Positions 47,185 through 58,600 of a stretch of DNA of 64,000 bases are shown in pieces. A program made the position numbers and the translations under genes. Where the stretch lies: positions 32,001 through 96,000 of IMG/VR virus record IMGVR_UViG_3300035562_000082. One strand, 5' to 3'. The stretch's first letter is position 1. The number at the start of each line of letters is the position of its first letter. A model generated the notes under the pieces. That model worked only from the letters and a program-made list of their open reading frames with translations, had not been told where the DNA came from and did no database searches. Source of the DNA: a virus. Lineage: Duplodnaviria > Caudoviricetes.

Positions 47185-47772
47185 ATGATGTCCAAGTTGG
47201 TGTTCAAGGCCGACCAGCCTGAGCAGCATCTGGCGTACGGCGAGGTCTACGCGCCCGATCGCCCGGATGCCCAGGGTGAGTTCATGCGCGCCGATCACAT
47301 TCAGAAAATGGCGCATGAGTTTGTGCGCAAGGGCCGCATGCAGCAGATTGACGTGATGCACAACAATCAGCTTGTAGATGGCTTGTGCATCGTTGAGTCG
47401 TTCATCGCGCGTAAAGGCGACCCAGATTTTATTGAGGGCTCATGGGTCATCGGCATGCACGTGCCGGATGAAGATCTATGGTCGCAGATCAAGAAGGGTG
47501 AGATCAACGGTTTTAGCATGGAGGCGTTGGTCACGCGTCACCCGCAGGATGTACAGATTGACCTTCCGCCCGTGGTCACGGGTATGACCAGCAAGAGCGA
47601 GGACCACGAGCACAAGTTCTTTGTCAGCTACAAGGACGACGGGTCATTTCGAGGTGGAATAACGGATTTTGTGAACGGTCATCAGCATAAGATCTTGGCC
47701 GGCACACACACTGAGGAAGTGGCGGGGCACAGTCATCGGTTCTCGTCCGTGGACGTGCTCAAAATCGTGTGA
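47185..47772 (+). CDS. XkdF-like prohead serine protease
   Basis: GEVYAPD..DAQGE...IDVMH...VESFIA...GSWV...IKKGEINGFSME. Confidence 0.88.
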   Translation: MMSKLVFKADQPEQHLAYGEVYAPDRPDAQGEFMRADHIQKMAHEFVRKGRMQQIDVMHNNQLVDGLCIVESFIARKGDPDFIEGSWVIGMHVPDEDLWSQIKKGEINGFSMEALVTRHPQDVQIDLPPVVTGMTSKSEDHEHKFFVSYKDDGSFRGGITDFVNGHQHKILAGTHTEEVAGHSHRFSSVDVLKIV

Positions 47773-47813
47773 CGTTGTTCGGTGCTCGGTGGAGCGCTAG
47801 ACTCGACGGGCTC

Positions 47814-49343
47814 ATGGGACGGATCACCGCCAAGCTCAAGGAACTACGCAACGTCGATGTGGCGATTGTGTCGTTGGTTGATCGTGCGGCTTCGCGCATG
47901 CCCATTCGGATTTTGAAGCGCGATAAGGACCCACAAATGATTGACCTGTCGGGCATTGGTCGAACGCTTAAACGCGCGGTGCAGAAACACGAACCTCCGG
48001 CGATTGCGGGGTTCATCGTGTTGGACAATCCAGACCCGGTGTTCATGGAGAACGTGCAGAAGGCCGTTAAGGATCACGGGTTTTCGATTGAACACGTGAC
48101 CAAGCACGATGATGGCACGGTGGTGTTCGCGCAGGACGATCAACCGGTTGAAGGCACGCTCCTGCGGTTGAGCGATCAACTGCTGGTGGTGATGAAGGGT
48201 TTTGATCAATATAGCGAGGATCTGCGGGAGAACGCGGACTTCAATGAACTGGTGGCGGCCAATGGGTTTTTCGCCGGATTGGCCGGCGCTATTCAAGCGC
48301 TGTACAGCACGATCTGCGCGGCGTTGGAAGACGCGGATTCACCGATGGACGCTGGCCCGGATGTAAAGGACGCGCTGGGCAAGTTCAGTGGGTACGTGCA
48401 GACCTTGGTTTCGAGCTTGCCGTCCAACGCCTTCAAGTTGGACCACGTGCTTCAAGACCTTGCTCGGAAGGCCGCCGAGGCGAAGAATTCGCCTATCGAT
48501 CTGAAGAAGATCCCGACTACCTGCCCGAAGGGCATCAGTCAGAACGACTGGGATGCACTGGATGACACGGCTAAGCTCAAATGGGTGGCCGACAGCACAA
48601 ATTCTCCTGCCCCTGGAACCACACAGAAGGCTGATATGAAGAAAATCGACAGCAATACGATGTTGGAAATCGAGGAGTTGATGAAGCAACCTCCTCTGGG
48701 CAGCGACGGCACCAAGTGGGTGAGTATGTCCCTGGGTGACAAGGTCGAGGCTTGGAAAGCCAGCTTTGTGAACGCCAACAACCAGGGTGCTCAAGACGGC
48801 AAAAACGGCACTCAAGGTGGAGTGCAGATCGACGTAAGCAATCCAACGGCCAAAGCGCCGTCGGTCAAGGCCGGGGATAAGGGCGCGGTAACCGACCCAA
48901 CCCAAGGAGGTACGACGGCCGTCAAAGCCGACAACGGTGATGACGATGATGATGGTCCTGAAAAACCGGAGGACATGTCCCCGGAAGACTGGGATGCGCT
49001 GTCCGATGAGGACAAGATGAAGGCCAGCAAACGCGATCACCGGAGGAAGCGCGATGCGGCGTTGACCGCCGTGGTCTCCAGTGTCGCGGCGCTGGCTCAA
49101 CAGGTCACGGGCTTGACCACGAAGTTCGATGAACAGGTCAAGGCCATGACCACCAAGATTGACGACGCGGCTCGGAAGTCCGATGATGCACTGGCAAAAA
49201 TCAAGAGCGTGGTTCCCGCTGCACCACCGGCTGATGATCGTCCGGCCAATGGCGGGGGTAAGACCCCGGCTCGGAAAGCCGATGACGATCCGCGTTCAGG
49301 GGCTTTTGATACGGCGTTTTTGCCGAATCGTGGACGCAGGTAG
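47814..49343 (+). CDS. Capsid scaffold-like protein
   Basis: VSLVDRAA N-terminus; acidic and coiled-coil; between protease and major capsid. Confidence 0.65.
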   Translation: MGRITAKLKELRNVDVAIVSLVDRAASRMPIRILKRDKDPQMIDLSGIGRTLKRAVQKHEPPAIAGFIVLDNPDPVFMENVQKAVKDHGFSIEHVTKHDDGTVVFAQDDQPVEGTLLRLSDQLLVVMKGFDQYSEDLRENADFNELVAANGFFAGLAGAIQALYSTICAALEDADSPMDAGPDVKDALGKFSGYVQTLVSSLPSNAFKLDHVLQDLARKAAEAKNSPIDLKKIPTTCPKGISQNDWDALDDTAKLKWVADSTNSPAPGTTQKADMKKIDSNTMLEIEELMKQPPLGSDGTKWVSMSLGDKVEAWKASFVNANNQGAQDGKNGTQGGVQIDVSNPTAKAPSVKAGDKGAVTDPTQGGTTAVKADNGDDDDDGPEKPEDMSPEDWDALSDEDKMKASKRDHRRKRDAALTAVVSSVAALAQQVTGLTTKFDEQVKAMTTKIDDAARKSDDALAKIKSVVPAAPPADDRPANGGGKTPARKADDDPRSGAFDTAFLPNRGRR

Positions 49344-49373
49344 AGACCGGGACCTCACTTTAAACAAGGACGC

Positions 49374-50330
49374 ATGATGAACAACCAGGAATTGATTCAA
49401 AAAGCCGACATGGCGCTATCGGACCTTGCAACGGCCGGCCGGTTGAACCCCGAACAGACCGATCAATTCATTCGCACGTTGATCGATCAACCAACGATGC
49501 TGGCGGTGTGCCGGACTGTGGCCATGACCAGTTTCGAGATGAAGATCAACAAACTGGGATTCGGCAGTCGAATCATGCGTCCCCCGGTGTTTAACTCCGA
49601 CGGCAGTAACGCCGCGTTGGCATCGGCCGATCGCGTTAAGCCCGACCTGGGGCAGGTGAAGCTCGATACCCAAGAGGTGATGGCCGAGATCCAGCTTCCG
49701 TACCAAGTGATCGAGGACAACATCGAGCGCGGGAACATCAACGTACCGTTGCAAACTGGGGCCGGAGGTCTGCATCAGACGATCGTGGATCTGATTGCCG
49801 AACGAGCGGCGCTGGACCTGGAAGAACTGGGCATTCGTGGCGACACCACGTCGGCCGATACGTATCTGGCGTTGCTCAATGGCTTCATGAAGCTGGCGAC
49901 GGCGAATGTCGTGAACGTCGGTGGGGCGTTCGACAAGAACGCGGTCAAGGCCGCGCTGAAGACCATGCCCACGCGGTATCTACGGAACCGCGCGGCGCTC
50001 CAGCATTTCGTGTCCGTGGACAACGAGACGGAGATCCGTGATCAGTACGGCAGTCGGCAGACGGCCCTGGGTGATCAGCAGGTGCAGGGGGTGTTGCCGG
50101 TGTACATCTTCGGCAGCCGCTGCACGCCCGTGGCGCTGATGCCGGGTGATCAAGGGCTGTTTTCGGACCCAATGAACTTCATCTTCGGTATCCAGCGGAA
50201 CATCATGATCGAGTACACGAAGGACATTCGTGCCCGGGTGTTCATCGTGGTGCTGACCTGTCGGGTGGCGTTCAATATCGAAGAAGTCAACGCCGTCACC
50301 AAGTACACTGGCCTTCAAGGCAGCCGCTAG
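49374..50330 (+). CDS. Major capsid protein (HK97 fold)
   Basis: GRLNPEQ..FI, IEDNIE, DLEELGIRGDT, NFIFGIQRNI; followed by a terminator. Confidence 0.9.
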   Translation: MMNNQELIQKADMALSDLATAGRLNPEQTDQFIRTLIDQPTMLAVCRTVAMTSFEMKINKLGFGSRIMRPPVFNSDGSNAALASADRVKPDLGQVKLDTQEVMAEIQLPYQVIEDNIERGNINVPLQTGAGGLHQTIVDLIAERAALDLEELGIRGDTTSADTYLALLNGFMKLATANVVNVGGAFDKNAVKAALKTMPTRYLRNRAALQHFVSVDNETEIRDQYGSRQTALGDQQVQGVLPVYIFGSRCTPVALMPGDQGLFSDPMNFIFGIQRNIMIEYTKDIRARVFIVVLTCRVAFNIEEVNAVTKYTGLQGSR

Positions 50331-50371
50331 TCCTCCACTCCTCCCCTCGTTTTTGCTAGTGGTTGCCCTTT

Positions 50372-50402
50372 GGCCCACCCGTTCAAGGTGGGCCTTGTTT
50401 TT
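50372..50402 (+). terminator. Rho-independent terminator
   Basis: GGCCCACC-loop-GGTGGGCC then TTGTTTTT. Confidence 0.85.
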
Positions 50403-50471
50403 GACGGGGACTTGCAATTGATTGCCAGCGGCATATACTCCGACGTTTAACCCGGTTGAGGAGTGCTGCTG

Positions 50472-50891
50472 ATGGGCGTACAAACTGAGGTAAAACCAGA
50501 CTCAAAACCAGCGGTCAAAGGTGAATCACCAGCGAAAACCATTGATCTTGAGTTGGTGACGTACAAGCGCTATCATCGTGGCGGCAGGTTGTACGTGGCT
50601 GAGCAGGCGTATCGATTTACCGAGGTTCAAGCAGCGATTTTGTTGGAGGAGGTTGACAATTCAAGTGGTCGTCCGGTGTGGCGGCGGTATAAACCCAAGT
50701 CCGCAGCATCGGTGCCGGAGTTGGGGATCAAGAAGGTCACGGACAGCACGACGGCCAAGGTCGAGCGCATTGCCGACGATGAGATGCTATCAGAGGCGCC
50801 AAAGCGGATAGACATTGGATCCGATGCGGAGATCGCGGACATCCTTCAACAGGTGAACACCGATGAACCGGGTGAGGGTGTGACCGTCTGA
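50472..50891 (+). CDS. Hypothetical virion-region protein
   Basis: ORF with GAGGAG RBS. Confidence 0.6.
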   Translation: MGVQTEVKPDSKPAVKGESPAKTIDLELVTYKRYHRGGRLYVAEQAYRFTEVQAAILLEEVDNSSGRPVWRRYKPKSAASVPELGIKKVTDSTTAKVERIADDEMLSEAPKRIDIGSDAEIADILQQVNTDEPGEGVTV

Positions 50892-50898
50892 GACGCTG

Positions 50899-51615
50899 AT
50901 GGCCTATCAGAAGATCTACGTTCATCCCAAGCGGGTGTTGGTTCGACTCCAGGTCAATCCTGAGTTGAAGGGCGTGGACGACGTACTGTTATCGGCCATC
51001 AGCGGTGCGCAGTTGCACATTGCGTCGATCCTTGACAGTCGGTTTGATCTTCAAACCTGGGATTGCGTGTACTACTTGGACAGTGAGGCGTTTTCTGGCC
51101 TACGACCGAACGGTCAATATCGGCTGGAAATTCCTTCGGGGTTTGTACGCCGGGACCAGCCGTTGACCGTGGGGTGGGACACCGATTGGCGCATGCCCAA
51201 TGAACAACCGGTGCCCTCCTCGGATTACCGATTGGATTACGTGCGGGGGCTGTTGTACATCGACGCTGGGCAGGTTAGCAGTGTGCCGAAGGTCATTGGT
51301 TTCGACTGGGCCAACAGTCAGTCTTCACAATACGGGGGGTACGGCGAGCGTCATATCCATGTACAGTGCACCACGGGCTTTAAAGAAACGGATATTGATG
51401 ATCTTGAGGACAAGCCAAAGGACCCGCTCCCGGATTGGACGGAGGAGGCAATCATTTCCTACGTGGGGGTTGTCCTGGATGTTTCGCAGACGACCAATCG
51501 TCAACAGACGGCATCGGCGTTGTACAAACGTGCGGGTGATCATGCGATGTCGATCATCGCGCCGTACAACCGTCGTAAGGGCCTGACTTTTCGGCCGTTG
51601 TACACCAACACATGA
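50899..51615 (+). CDS. Head-tail adaptor-like protein
   Basis: Position; DYRLDY..G, TTGF...P motifs. Confidence 0.55.
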   Translation: MAYQKIYVHPKRVLVRLQVNPELKGVDDVLLSAISGAQLHIASILDSRFDLQTWDCVYYLDSEAFSGLRPNGQYRLEIPSGFVRRDQPLTVGWDTDWRMPNEQPVPSSDYRLDYVRGLLYIDAGQVSSVPKVIGFDWANSQSSQYGGYGERHIHVQCTTGFKETDIDDLEDKPKDPLPDWTEEAIISYVGVVLDVSQTTNRQQTASALYKRAGDHAMSIIAPYNRRKGLTFRPLYTNT

Positions 51616-52061
51616 CGTTGCTGGCGACCCGGGTTGAGGGCCAGCAACAGCTTCAGCATAAGCTGCTGGCGTTGACCACGGCGTTGGATGTTCAAACGCT
51701 GTTGGATCAAAGTGCGTCGCTGTTGTTGCACAACATCATGTTCAGGTTTCTCCGGGCGGTTGATACTCAAGGTCAGGCGTTTGCACCGATCACTCCTGCC
51801 CGAGAACAGGTCAAGGAGAAACTGTATGGCGATAAGTCAACGCCGTTGTTTGCCAGTGGTAAGCTCTTTCACTCGCTTCAGGTGTTCCAAGTAGGGGCGG
51901 ATAGTCGAGGTATTGGAACGGACGTACCGTATGGAAAGTTCCATCAGTTTGGGACCATTAAGTTGCCGGTTCGGGAGTTCCTGGGCTTTAGTAAACCCGA
52001 TATCCAGGTTGTGCAGGATCTGTTGATCCATCGGGTGGTGGAGGCGCTGAGAGTTCAATGA
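51612..52061 (+). CDS. Virion morphogenesis (Mu gpG-like) neck protein
   Basis: L..SG.L..S...GT.VPY...HQFG...P.R.FLG. Confidence 0.8.
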   Translation: MTLLATRVEGQQQLQHKLLALTTALDVQTLLDQSASLLLHNIMFRFLRAVDTQGQAFAPITPAREQVKEKLYGDKSTPLFASGKLFHSLQVFQVGADSRGIGTDVPYGKFHQFGTIKLPVREFLGFSKPDIQVVQDLLIHRVVEALRVQ

Positions 52062-52528
52062 AACCCGAGACGTTGGTAACCGAGTGTGTGGAGGCCCTGA
52101 AGGTCATTTTGCAGACCGTGCCGTTGTTGAAGGACAAGGTGCTGTTTGTGACCGATGAAGATGATTTGATGACCCAGATGAAGGGCATCATCGCCCTTCC
52201 GGCGGCGGGTATTATTTACGACGGCATGAAGTCCCGAGAGTCCCAGGGTGAGACCGCGAAATTCGGGTTGTCGGCGGACATGGTGTTCACCGTGGTGGTG
52301 ATCAACCGTGGGATTGCCATTGTGGCGAATGAACAAACGAAGATCACGTCCATTGCGTTGTTGGATCAAGTTCGGAATTCGATCATGACCATCCGTAGTC
52401 CTACGGGGCACTTCTGGCGGTTTGTGGTTGAGGCCGCAGCCGCCCAACATGATGGCGTGGTGTTCTGGGTGCAGCGTTGGAGTACGCCCGTACAACTTGC
52501 GCCAAATCCTCCAAGGCCCTCCAACTAG
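52058..52528 (+). CDS. Tail terminator/completion-like protein
   Basis: Position and size. Confidence 0.5.
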   Translation: MKPETLVTECVEALKVILQTVPLLKDKVLFVTDEDDLMTQMKGIIALPAAGIIYDGMKSRESQGETAKFGLSADMVFTVVVINRGIAIVANEQTKITSIALLDQVRNSIMTIRSPTGHFWRFVVEAAAAQHDGVVFWVQRWSTPVQLAPNPPRPSN

Positions 52529-52606
52529 GTTGTTAGGTGCCGGTGGCGGTACTACACTGGCTGGGCCTAAAGACGGGCTTCCGTCTTGGTCATTGGAGAT
52601 CAGACC

Positions 52607-53833
52607 ATGCTTGAAATTGTCGGCTCACTGGGATACGGCGGAGAACGGCTGAACACGCGCCTTCCGAAGATCCTTGCAGAACTGCAAGGATTGACGGTGA
52701 GCGGGCCGCTAACTGGCGCAGGTGCAAATACAACGATTTCTGTGCCGGAAGGCATTGATATTCAAGACACGATCCTCAAGTGCCTGGAGTTCACGTCCGG
52801 TGTGCCGTCGGACATCACGAGCACGATTTCCATCGTCAGTGATCAGGCGCAGGGGACGATCACGTTGACCACCGGATTGGTGGCCGGCGATGTAGTGAAG
52901 GTCAACGGCAAGTCCTATACGGCGGTGGCGGGTGTACCGAGTAACACCAACCCGTTGGTCGGCGTTGGGACGTTCATCGACGGTGTGGCGATTGCCGCGC
53001 TGTCGCGCACGGCCGATCAGATTGTGGCCATGCAGGCACTGGGATTTGGTTATGCCCAGGCAGCGGCGTTGGTGGCCGCTGGTCAACTACCGATGGCCGC
53101 AGCCAGTTTGGCGTTGGCCATCAGCGGCAATGATTCCAGTACGTTGTACGCCACAACCGCCGCTGGTGCGGTGGTGACGGTTGTTGCTCGGGCAGAGGGT
53201 ACGGCCGGTAACAGCATTACGCTGGACGTTAGTTTGTCGAACAGCCATGCCACGCGTTCGGGCGCGACGTTGACCGGTGGTGCGGCGGGCAATGCCTACG
53301 GCACGATCACGTTGGCCAGTGCGGCGGTCAACGACACAGTGACGGTCGATGGTCAGACGTTCACGGCCGTTGCCAGTGGCAGTCCGTTGACTAAGAACCA
53401 GTTTGTGGGCGGCACGGTGACCGCGCAGGATCTGATGAACCTCGGGTATTTGCAAGGTGCGGCCAACGCTATTCTGGCGGTCAGTAACGACGCCGCTGCG
53501 GCGACGGTTCTTGCACATCAGATCGAGGCGAATGACGAAGCACGGGTGTCGGCCAACAACGGATTGCCGGTTGGCCCGAACGGTGAAATCCTGTTTAACA
53601 TCACGAACACTCAAGCGGGCAACGCTACGGCGGTTGTGACGGTCACCGCGACGTTCACGGGTGCAGCGGCCAATGCCATTGTGTTGACCAGCGGCAATGG
53701 CACGCGCGAGGCCGTGAGCGGCAGTGGGACGTTGACCGCTGCGTCGCACGGTATTCAGAGTACCAGCAGTACCACCGGCAACACCTTGTTGTTATGGTGG
53801 TACAAGAAGTCCCGCGTGGTCGGTCAAGCCTGA
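52607..53833 (+). CDS. Ala/Gly/Thr-rich virion structural protein with internal duplication
   Basis: Two GTITL...V.V.G...TAV repeats. Confidence 0.65.
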   Translation: MLEIVGSLGYGGERLNTRLPKILAELQGLTVSGPLTGAGANTTISVPEGIDIQDTILKCLEFTSGVPSDITSTISIVSDQAQGTITLTTGLVAGDVVKVNGKSYTAVAGVPSNTNPLVGVGTFIDGVAIAALSRTADQIVAMQALGFGYAQAAALVAAGQLPMAAASLALAISGNDSSTLYATTAAGAVVTVVARAEGTAGNSITLDVSLSNSHATRSGATLTGGAAGNAYGTITLASAAVNDTVTVDGQTFTAVASGSPLTKNQFVGGTVTAQDLMNLGYLQGAANAILAVSNDAAAATVLAHQIEANDEARVSANNGLPVGPNGEILFNITNTQAGNATAVVTVTATFTGAAANAIVLTSGNGTREAVSGSGTLTAASHGIQSTSSTTGNTLLLWWYKKSRVVGQA

Positions 53834-53852
53834 TAACCTGAGGAGCTAAAAC

Positions 53853-54902
53853 ATGACCACGAGTTTTCACTGGAACCCTGTCAACCACTATTTCAGTGGT
53901 CAAGGACAGGTGTTGTTTGCTCTGCGGGACGCCAATGGCAATGCCCTGGGGTTCACGCCCGTGGGTAATTGTTCGTCGCTGAAGATCAGCCCGGCGGTGA
54001 CCGTGCTTGATCACAAGGAGTCGTACAGCGGTCAGCGGGCGATCGACAAACGGCTGAACACCGAGACCAAGCCCACGGTTACGGCCAACATTCAGAACTG
54101 GATTGCCAACAACCTATCACGGGCTCTGCGTGGTGACTATGTGCCGATCGCCGCAGGGTCGGTGACGGCCGAGCAAGTTCCGGCGTGGCCTGGGTTGGTC
54201 AGCAGTTTGGCGCACATTCAGCCATCGTCGATCGTGGTTACCACGGGTGTACCGGCGACGTTGACCGAGTACTCAACACCCACTGCGGCGTACGATTATC
54301 AAGTCAACTACGACGCGGGGTCGGTGACGTTCAATAACCCTGGGGCAACGGGTGTTGCGGCGGTGAATCTGCCGGGCAATGTGTCGGCCGTGACCATCGG
54401 CGCAACCACGGTGTTCACATGCGCAGCCGGTGCTCAACCGCCGATTGGCACACAGGTGCTGTTTGGTGGGTTTACCGGCACGAACGCCAGTGCGTTGAAC
54501 GGCATATCGGCGATAGTGACCGCTAGTAGCAGTGGTAGTTTCACCGTGGCGATCGTGACGACCGGCGATACCATCACCGTGCCGTCGGCCGGGGCGTTTG
54601 CTACGTGGGCAGGTATGCCGGCGGTGGCAACGCTCAATGCCGCGTACAGCTACACCGCGCAGTACCTGACCAACAGCCTGACGCAGCCGATTACCGAGGT
54701 GTGGTTGCGGTTTGAGGGCCTGAACACCGCCGAGTCCAATCAGCCGGTGGTGGTCGATGTATTCCGGTTCTCAACCGATCCACTCAAGGAACTGGACTTG
54801 ATCAGCGACACCTTCAGTGAGTTTGCGCTGGAGGGTATTGCGCTGGCCGACGCTACGAAGCCCGTGGGCAGCCAGTTCTTTACCATCAAGGCCCTGCATT
54901 GA
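53853..54902 (+). CDS. Major tail (tube) protein
   Basis: YFSGQG...GN...HKES.SGQR...LRFEGLN; precedes chaperones and tape measure. Confidence 0.85.
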   Translation: MTTSFHWNPVNHYFSGQGQVLFALRDANGNALGFTPVGNCSSLKISPAVTVLDHKESYSGQRAIDKRLNTETKPTVTANIQNWIANNLSRALRGDYVPIAAGSVTAEQVPAWPGLVSSLAHIQPSSIVVTTGVPATLTEYSTPTAAYDYQVNYDAGSVTFNNPGATGVAAVNLPGNVSAVTIGATTVFTCAAGAQPPIGTQVLFGGFTGTNASALNGISAIVTASSSGSFTVAIVTTGDTITVPSAGAFATWAGMPAVATLNAAYSYTAQYLTNSLTQPITEVWLRFEGLNTAESNQPVVVDVFRFSTDPLKELDLISDTFSEFALEGIALADATKPVGSQFFTIKALH

Positions 54903-54931
54903 TGTTGTAGAGATGGCAGGTGGTACAATCA

Positions 54932-54958
54932 AGGGGCTGTAAAGGCCCCTCTTTTTTT
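54932..54958 (+). terminator. Rho-independent terminator
   Basis: AGGGGC-loop-GCCCCT followed by a T7 run. Confidence 0.75.
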
Positions 54959-54972
54959 CAACGGAGTGAACG

Positions 54973-55667
54973 ATGGTCATCAAGTACAAGCTGGCGAACT
55001 TGATCGACTTGACGGCGCAGGTTGCGTTGTCCGACGATCCGACGAGACCCAAGATGGAAGTCCGGGGACTACAACTACAGGAGGTGATTCCTCTGTTGTT
55101 GGAAAACCGAGATCTGTTTGTCACCGCGTGGTCGGCTATTCAAGCGGGTAAAACCCCGGTTCAACAATTTGGGGGGATCTTGGCCACGGCCCCGGAATTT
55201 GTGGCCGCGATATTGCAGAAGGCGTGTACGAACATCGAGCTTGAGGACGGTCAGAGCTTTGGGACCCTGCCGATGGGCGTGCAATTGATTGCCATGGCCG
55301 AGGTGTTCAAGCTGACGTGCCCGGACCCAAAAAGGGTCGGCGAGTTGTTGTCCGAGGTGATGGGGCTGCTGCGCAAGAACGTGGACGAATCAACAATCAC
55401 GCCAGCACCCCTGAGCAACGGTACGAACGTGCAGGCCAACAACTCGCCACAAAACTTGCCGCAGACTACGAGCTAGTAATCTCGTCTGGACATCGTGAAA
55501 CGGAGGTCCTATCCTGGACGCCCAGGAAACTTGATACCGTGGTGTCGTTGGTGAACGATCGAAAGACCGTGGACGTACAAAACACGGCGGTGGCAATGCG
55601 CGTGGCCTTTGGCGCGGATAAGGATCAGTGGCTCAAGTTCTTGCACGGGGAAGAGGATGGCGACTGA
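54973..55667 (+). CDS. Tail assembly chaperone (54973-55476) with probable -1 frameshift extension (to 55667)
   Basis: In-frame slippery heptamer C CCA AAA at 55326-55332; -1 frame open 55317-55667; between tube and tape measure. Confidence 0.65.
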
Positions 55668-58600
55668 ACAAGCGGAATTGCAGATCATCCTGAAGGTCGT
55701 GTCCAACGCCAAAGAGGCGTTGGATGAACTGGCTGCACGGTTTACAGAATTGAGTGGTCAGCTTGGGAAGGTCGGTAAATCCGCCGAGGGTTTGGGTGAG
55801 GTCGGGGAGCACGCTCATGCGGTAGGCCAGCATCTGGAGGAAACGGGCGAGCATGCGGACACGCTGTTGAGTAAGTTCAACGAGTTACGAGAAGGCGCGT
55901 TGTTATTGGTCAAGAGCTTTCTGGCGTTGGAGGCCGTACGGCTCTTTCGTGAGTTTGCAGAAGAACAAGCGGCGATCGAAGTCATGGTCGTGGGCATGAA
56001 GAACATTGGAGAAGCCGCTGGTTATACCTCGGAGCAGATGACCAAGCTGGTGAAGGACCTCCAGGAGTTCGACATCACCAAGGGCGTGGCGGCCAAGAAC
56101 GTTGGGACGCTGATCGCCAATCAACTGTCGCCGGAGAAAATTTCAGAAATTGGTGCGGCGGCACGTAAACTGGCGCTGGAATCCGGTCGCTCAGTGGACG
56201 AGGTGTTTACGGTCTTGGCCCGGGCTGTGGCCACGGGTCAGACGCGGTTGTTGACCCGACAATTCCAGATCCTTGGGAAGTTCGATGCCACACAGGCGTT
56301 GCACGTGGAGGCCCAGCGTCGGTTGGCGGCGTCGGGCTCAAGTTTCATTTCCGCGAGTGAACGACCGGAGATCACAGCGGGAGCGATTGTTCGACGGATC
56401 AACGAGCGTGTGCCGGAAACCGCGATCAAGGAAGGTGCGGATACCGCAGAGGGGCGGTTGAAGCACCTGGGCGTGGTGTGGAAGGAGTTCAAGGAAAGTC
56501 TGGGTGAAGGCACGGAGACGGTATTTGGGGGTGTGATCGCGGGTTTGACGGCCATTGTTGAGGCCATGAAGGAATTTGTTGAGTCCCTGGGTAAAGGTAC
56601 CTCGGTGTCCAAGACCCTGGGTGAGGCCATGAGGAGCCTGGGCGAGGCCATTGCCGGGGCCATTAAGTTCGTGACCGCGCACAAGGATGCGATTAAGGTA
56701 CTGGCCGAGTTCGTAGGCATTTTGATAGCCTTTGATTTAGCCGGGTGGTTCTTGAAGGTCGCAACCGCTGGTGCTGGTGCAGCCGGCATAGCGACCTTTG
56801 GTACGGCCTTGAAGTACGTGGTTCAAATGGGGTTGTTGGCCGGTGGGCCGGTTAGGGCCGCGTTGGCGGGCTTGACGTTCACGGTCAGAACGTTGTTCGT
56901 GGCCCTGGGTGGTTGGGTGACCGTTGCGGCGTTGGTGATCACTGGGCTGATCGAACTGTATAACCGAAGTTCCGTTGTTCAAGCGGCGATCAAAGCCCTG
57001 GGTACGGCGTTTGTTGAGTTCGGTGATTGGCTGTGGGATACGGTGGTTACACGGCTTAAACTGGTGGTCGATGGATTTCGGTCATTATGGGAGGCCGTGG
57101 CCACCCGTAGTACGGCCCCGCTCAAGGCGTTTGTAAAGGAAGTGGGGGATGAGCTTGATCGACTACAGAAGAAAAAAGAAGAGGCAGAACGAAAAACCGG
57201 TGCTCGGTATCGTGGGGCTAAATTAACGGCCGAAACCCCAGCAGGACCGGTTGAGCCCTATGGGGGCGAAGCTCATGGGCGGTTTGTTCCCACTGTACAA
57301 CAGCCTAAACGAGAGAAAACCGATGAAGAACTAGCAGAAGAAGCGGCTAGAGACGCGGCAAATGCCAAGGCCATAGCCGATAATCGATTGAAAATCGCTG
57401 AAGCAGCATTGGCGGAAGAAAAGCGGATGGCCGCTCGTGCTCAGGCGGATGATGAGTTTCTGATGGCCCGTGGGTTGATCGCCGTTGAGAATTTTTATCA
57501 GCATCGACTGGCGGCGGTAAAGGCCGGGTTAGATGCAGAGTTGGCGGTTAACCGTGCTCAACGGAATAAGATCGATGCTGAAGAGGCGGCATATCGTGCG
57601 TCTCCGGCGTTCAAGGGCGGCGCAACAGCCGATGCACGGATTACGGAGTTTCAGACTCAACGGCAGGCGTTGCTGGCCAAGGACAAACTGGCGCGGGCAA
57701 AGGCCAATGATGATGAGGTTAAGCTCGTGGAGACCGGACAAACGAAGATCCGTGATCTTGAGCGTAAAGCCAGTGAGGAGCGGAATAAACTGGCGCTCAA
57801 GGACACGACGGATCTTGGAGCACGGCTCGAACAAATCCGTGCCAAGTACGAGAAGCTGAATGAAGAGGCGGGGGATAACGAGCGTTTGAAGGCCGCAAAT
57901 GCTCTCAATGAGGCGTACGATCGTCAACAGGCGGGGATCGAGACGCTGACTGCCCGGTGGGAGCAGTACAAGAACGTGCAAACGGCGGTGCTGGATCTTC
58001 AGACTGCGGAAGTGGCGTTGGCGCAGAAGACCTTCCAGTTGACCAGCTTGGGTGCTCAAGAGGCGAACAACGCGATTCTAGAACGACGGATAGTCCTTGA
58101 GCAACAACATCTTCAGGAATTGGAGAATCTGCGACAGCACTATGTGGCAGAGGGCGCGGCCGGGGTCAAGGCCGCCAAGGACACGGAGGTGGAGATGCTG
58201 AAAACCCGGGCGGCGATTCTTGGGCTGCAACAGCAGATCAAGACCGCAGGGGAAGAGATTGCCAAGAGCTTTAGTGATAATTTGACGGGCACGTTGGACA
58301 AGATCATCGAGCGCACGGAGCACGCAACGCAAGCGTGGAAGGACTTCGGACGGGCGCTGGTAGCTACCATCACGCACAAAGCCACTACGGGGTTTGCTGA
58401 GAGCATTACCAATGCCTTAGCCGGTGGGGGGACTAAAGGCGGAGAACCAGCAGGTGGAGGGATCTTTGGGTTCGTTGGAGGTCTGTTGGGCGGTGGGGGT
58501 AAGAAGCCCACGGGTGCACCGGGAGATCCGCTGGAGGTGGTTATGGGCGTGCCCAAAGTCGCGGGTGCGGCGGATGCGACTACGAAGCTGGCGGACAAGC

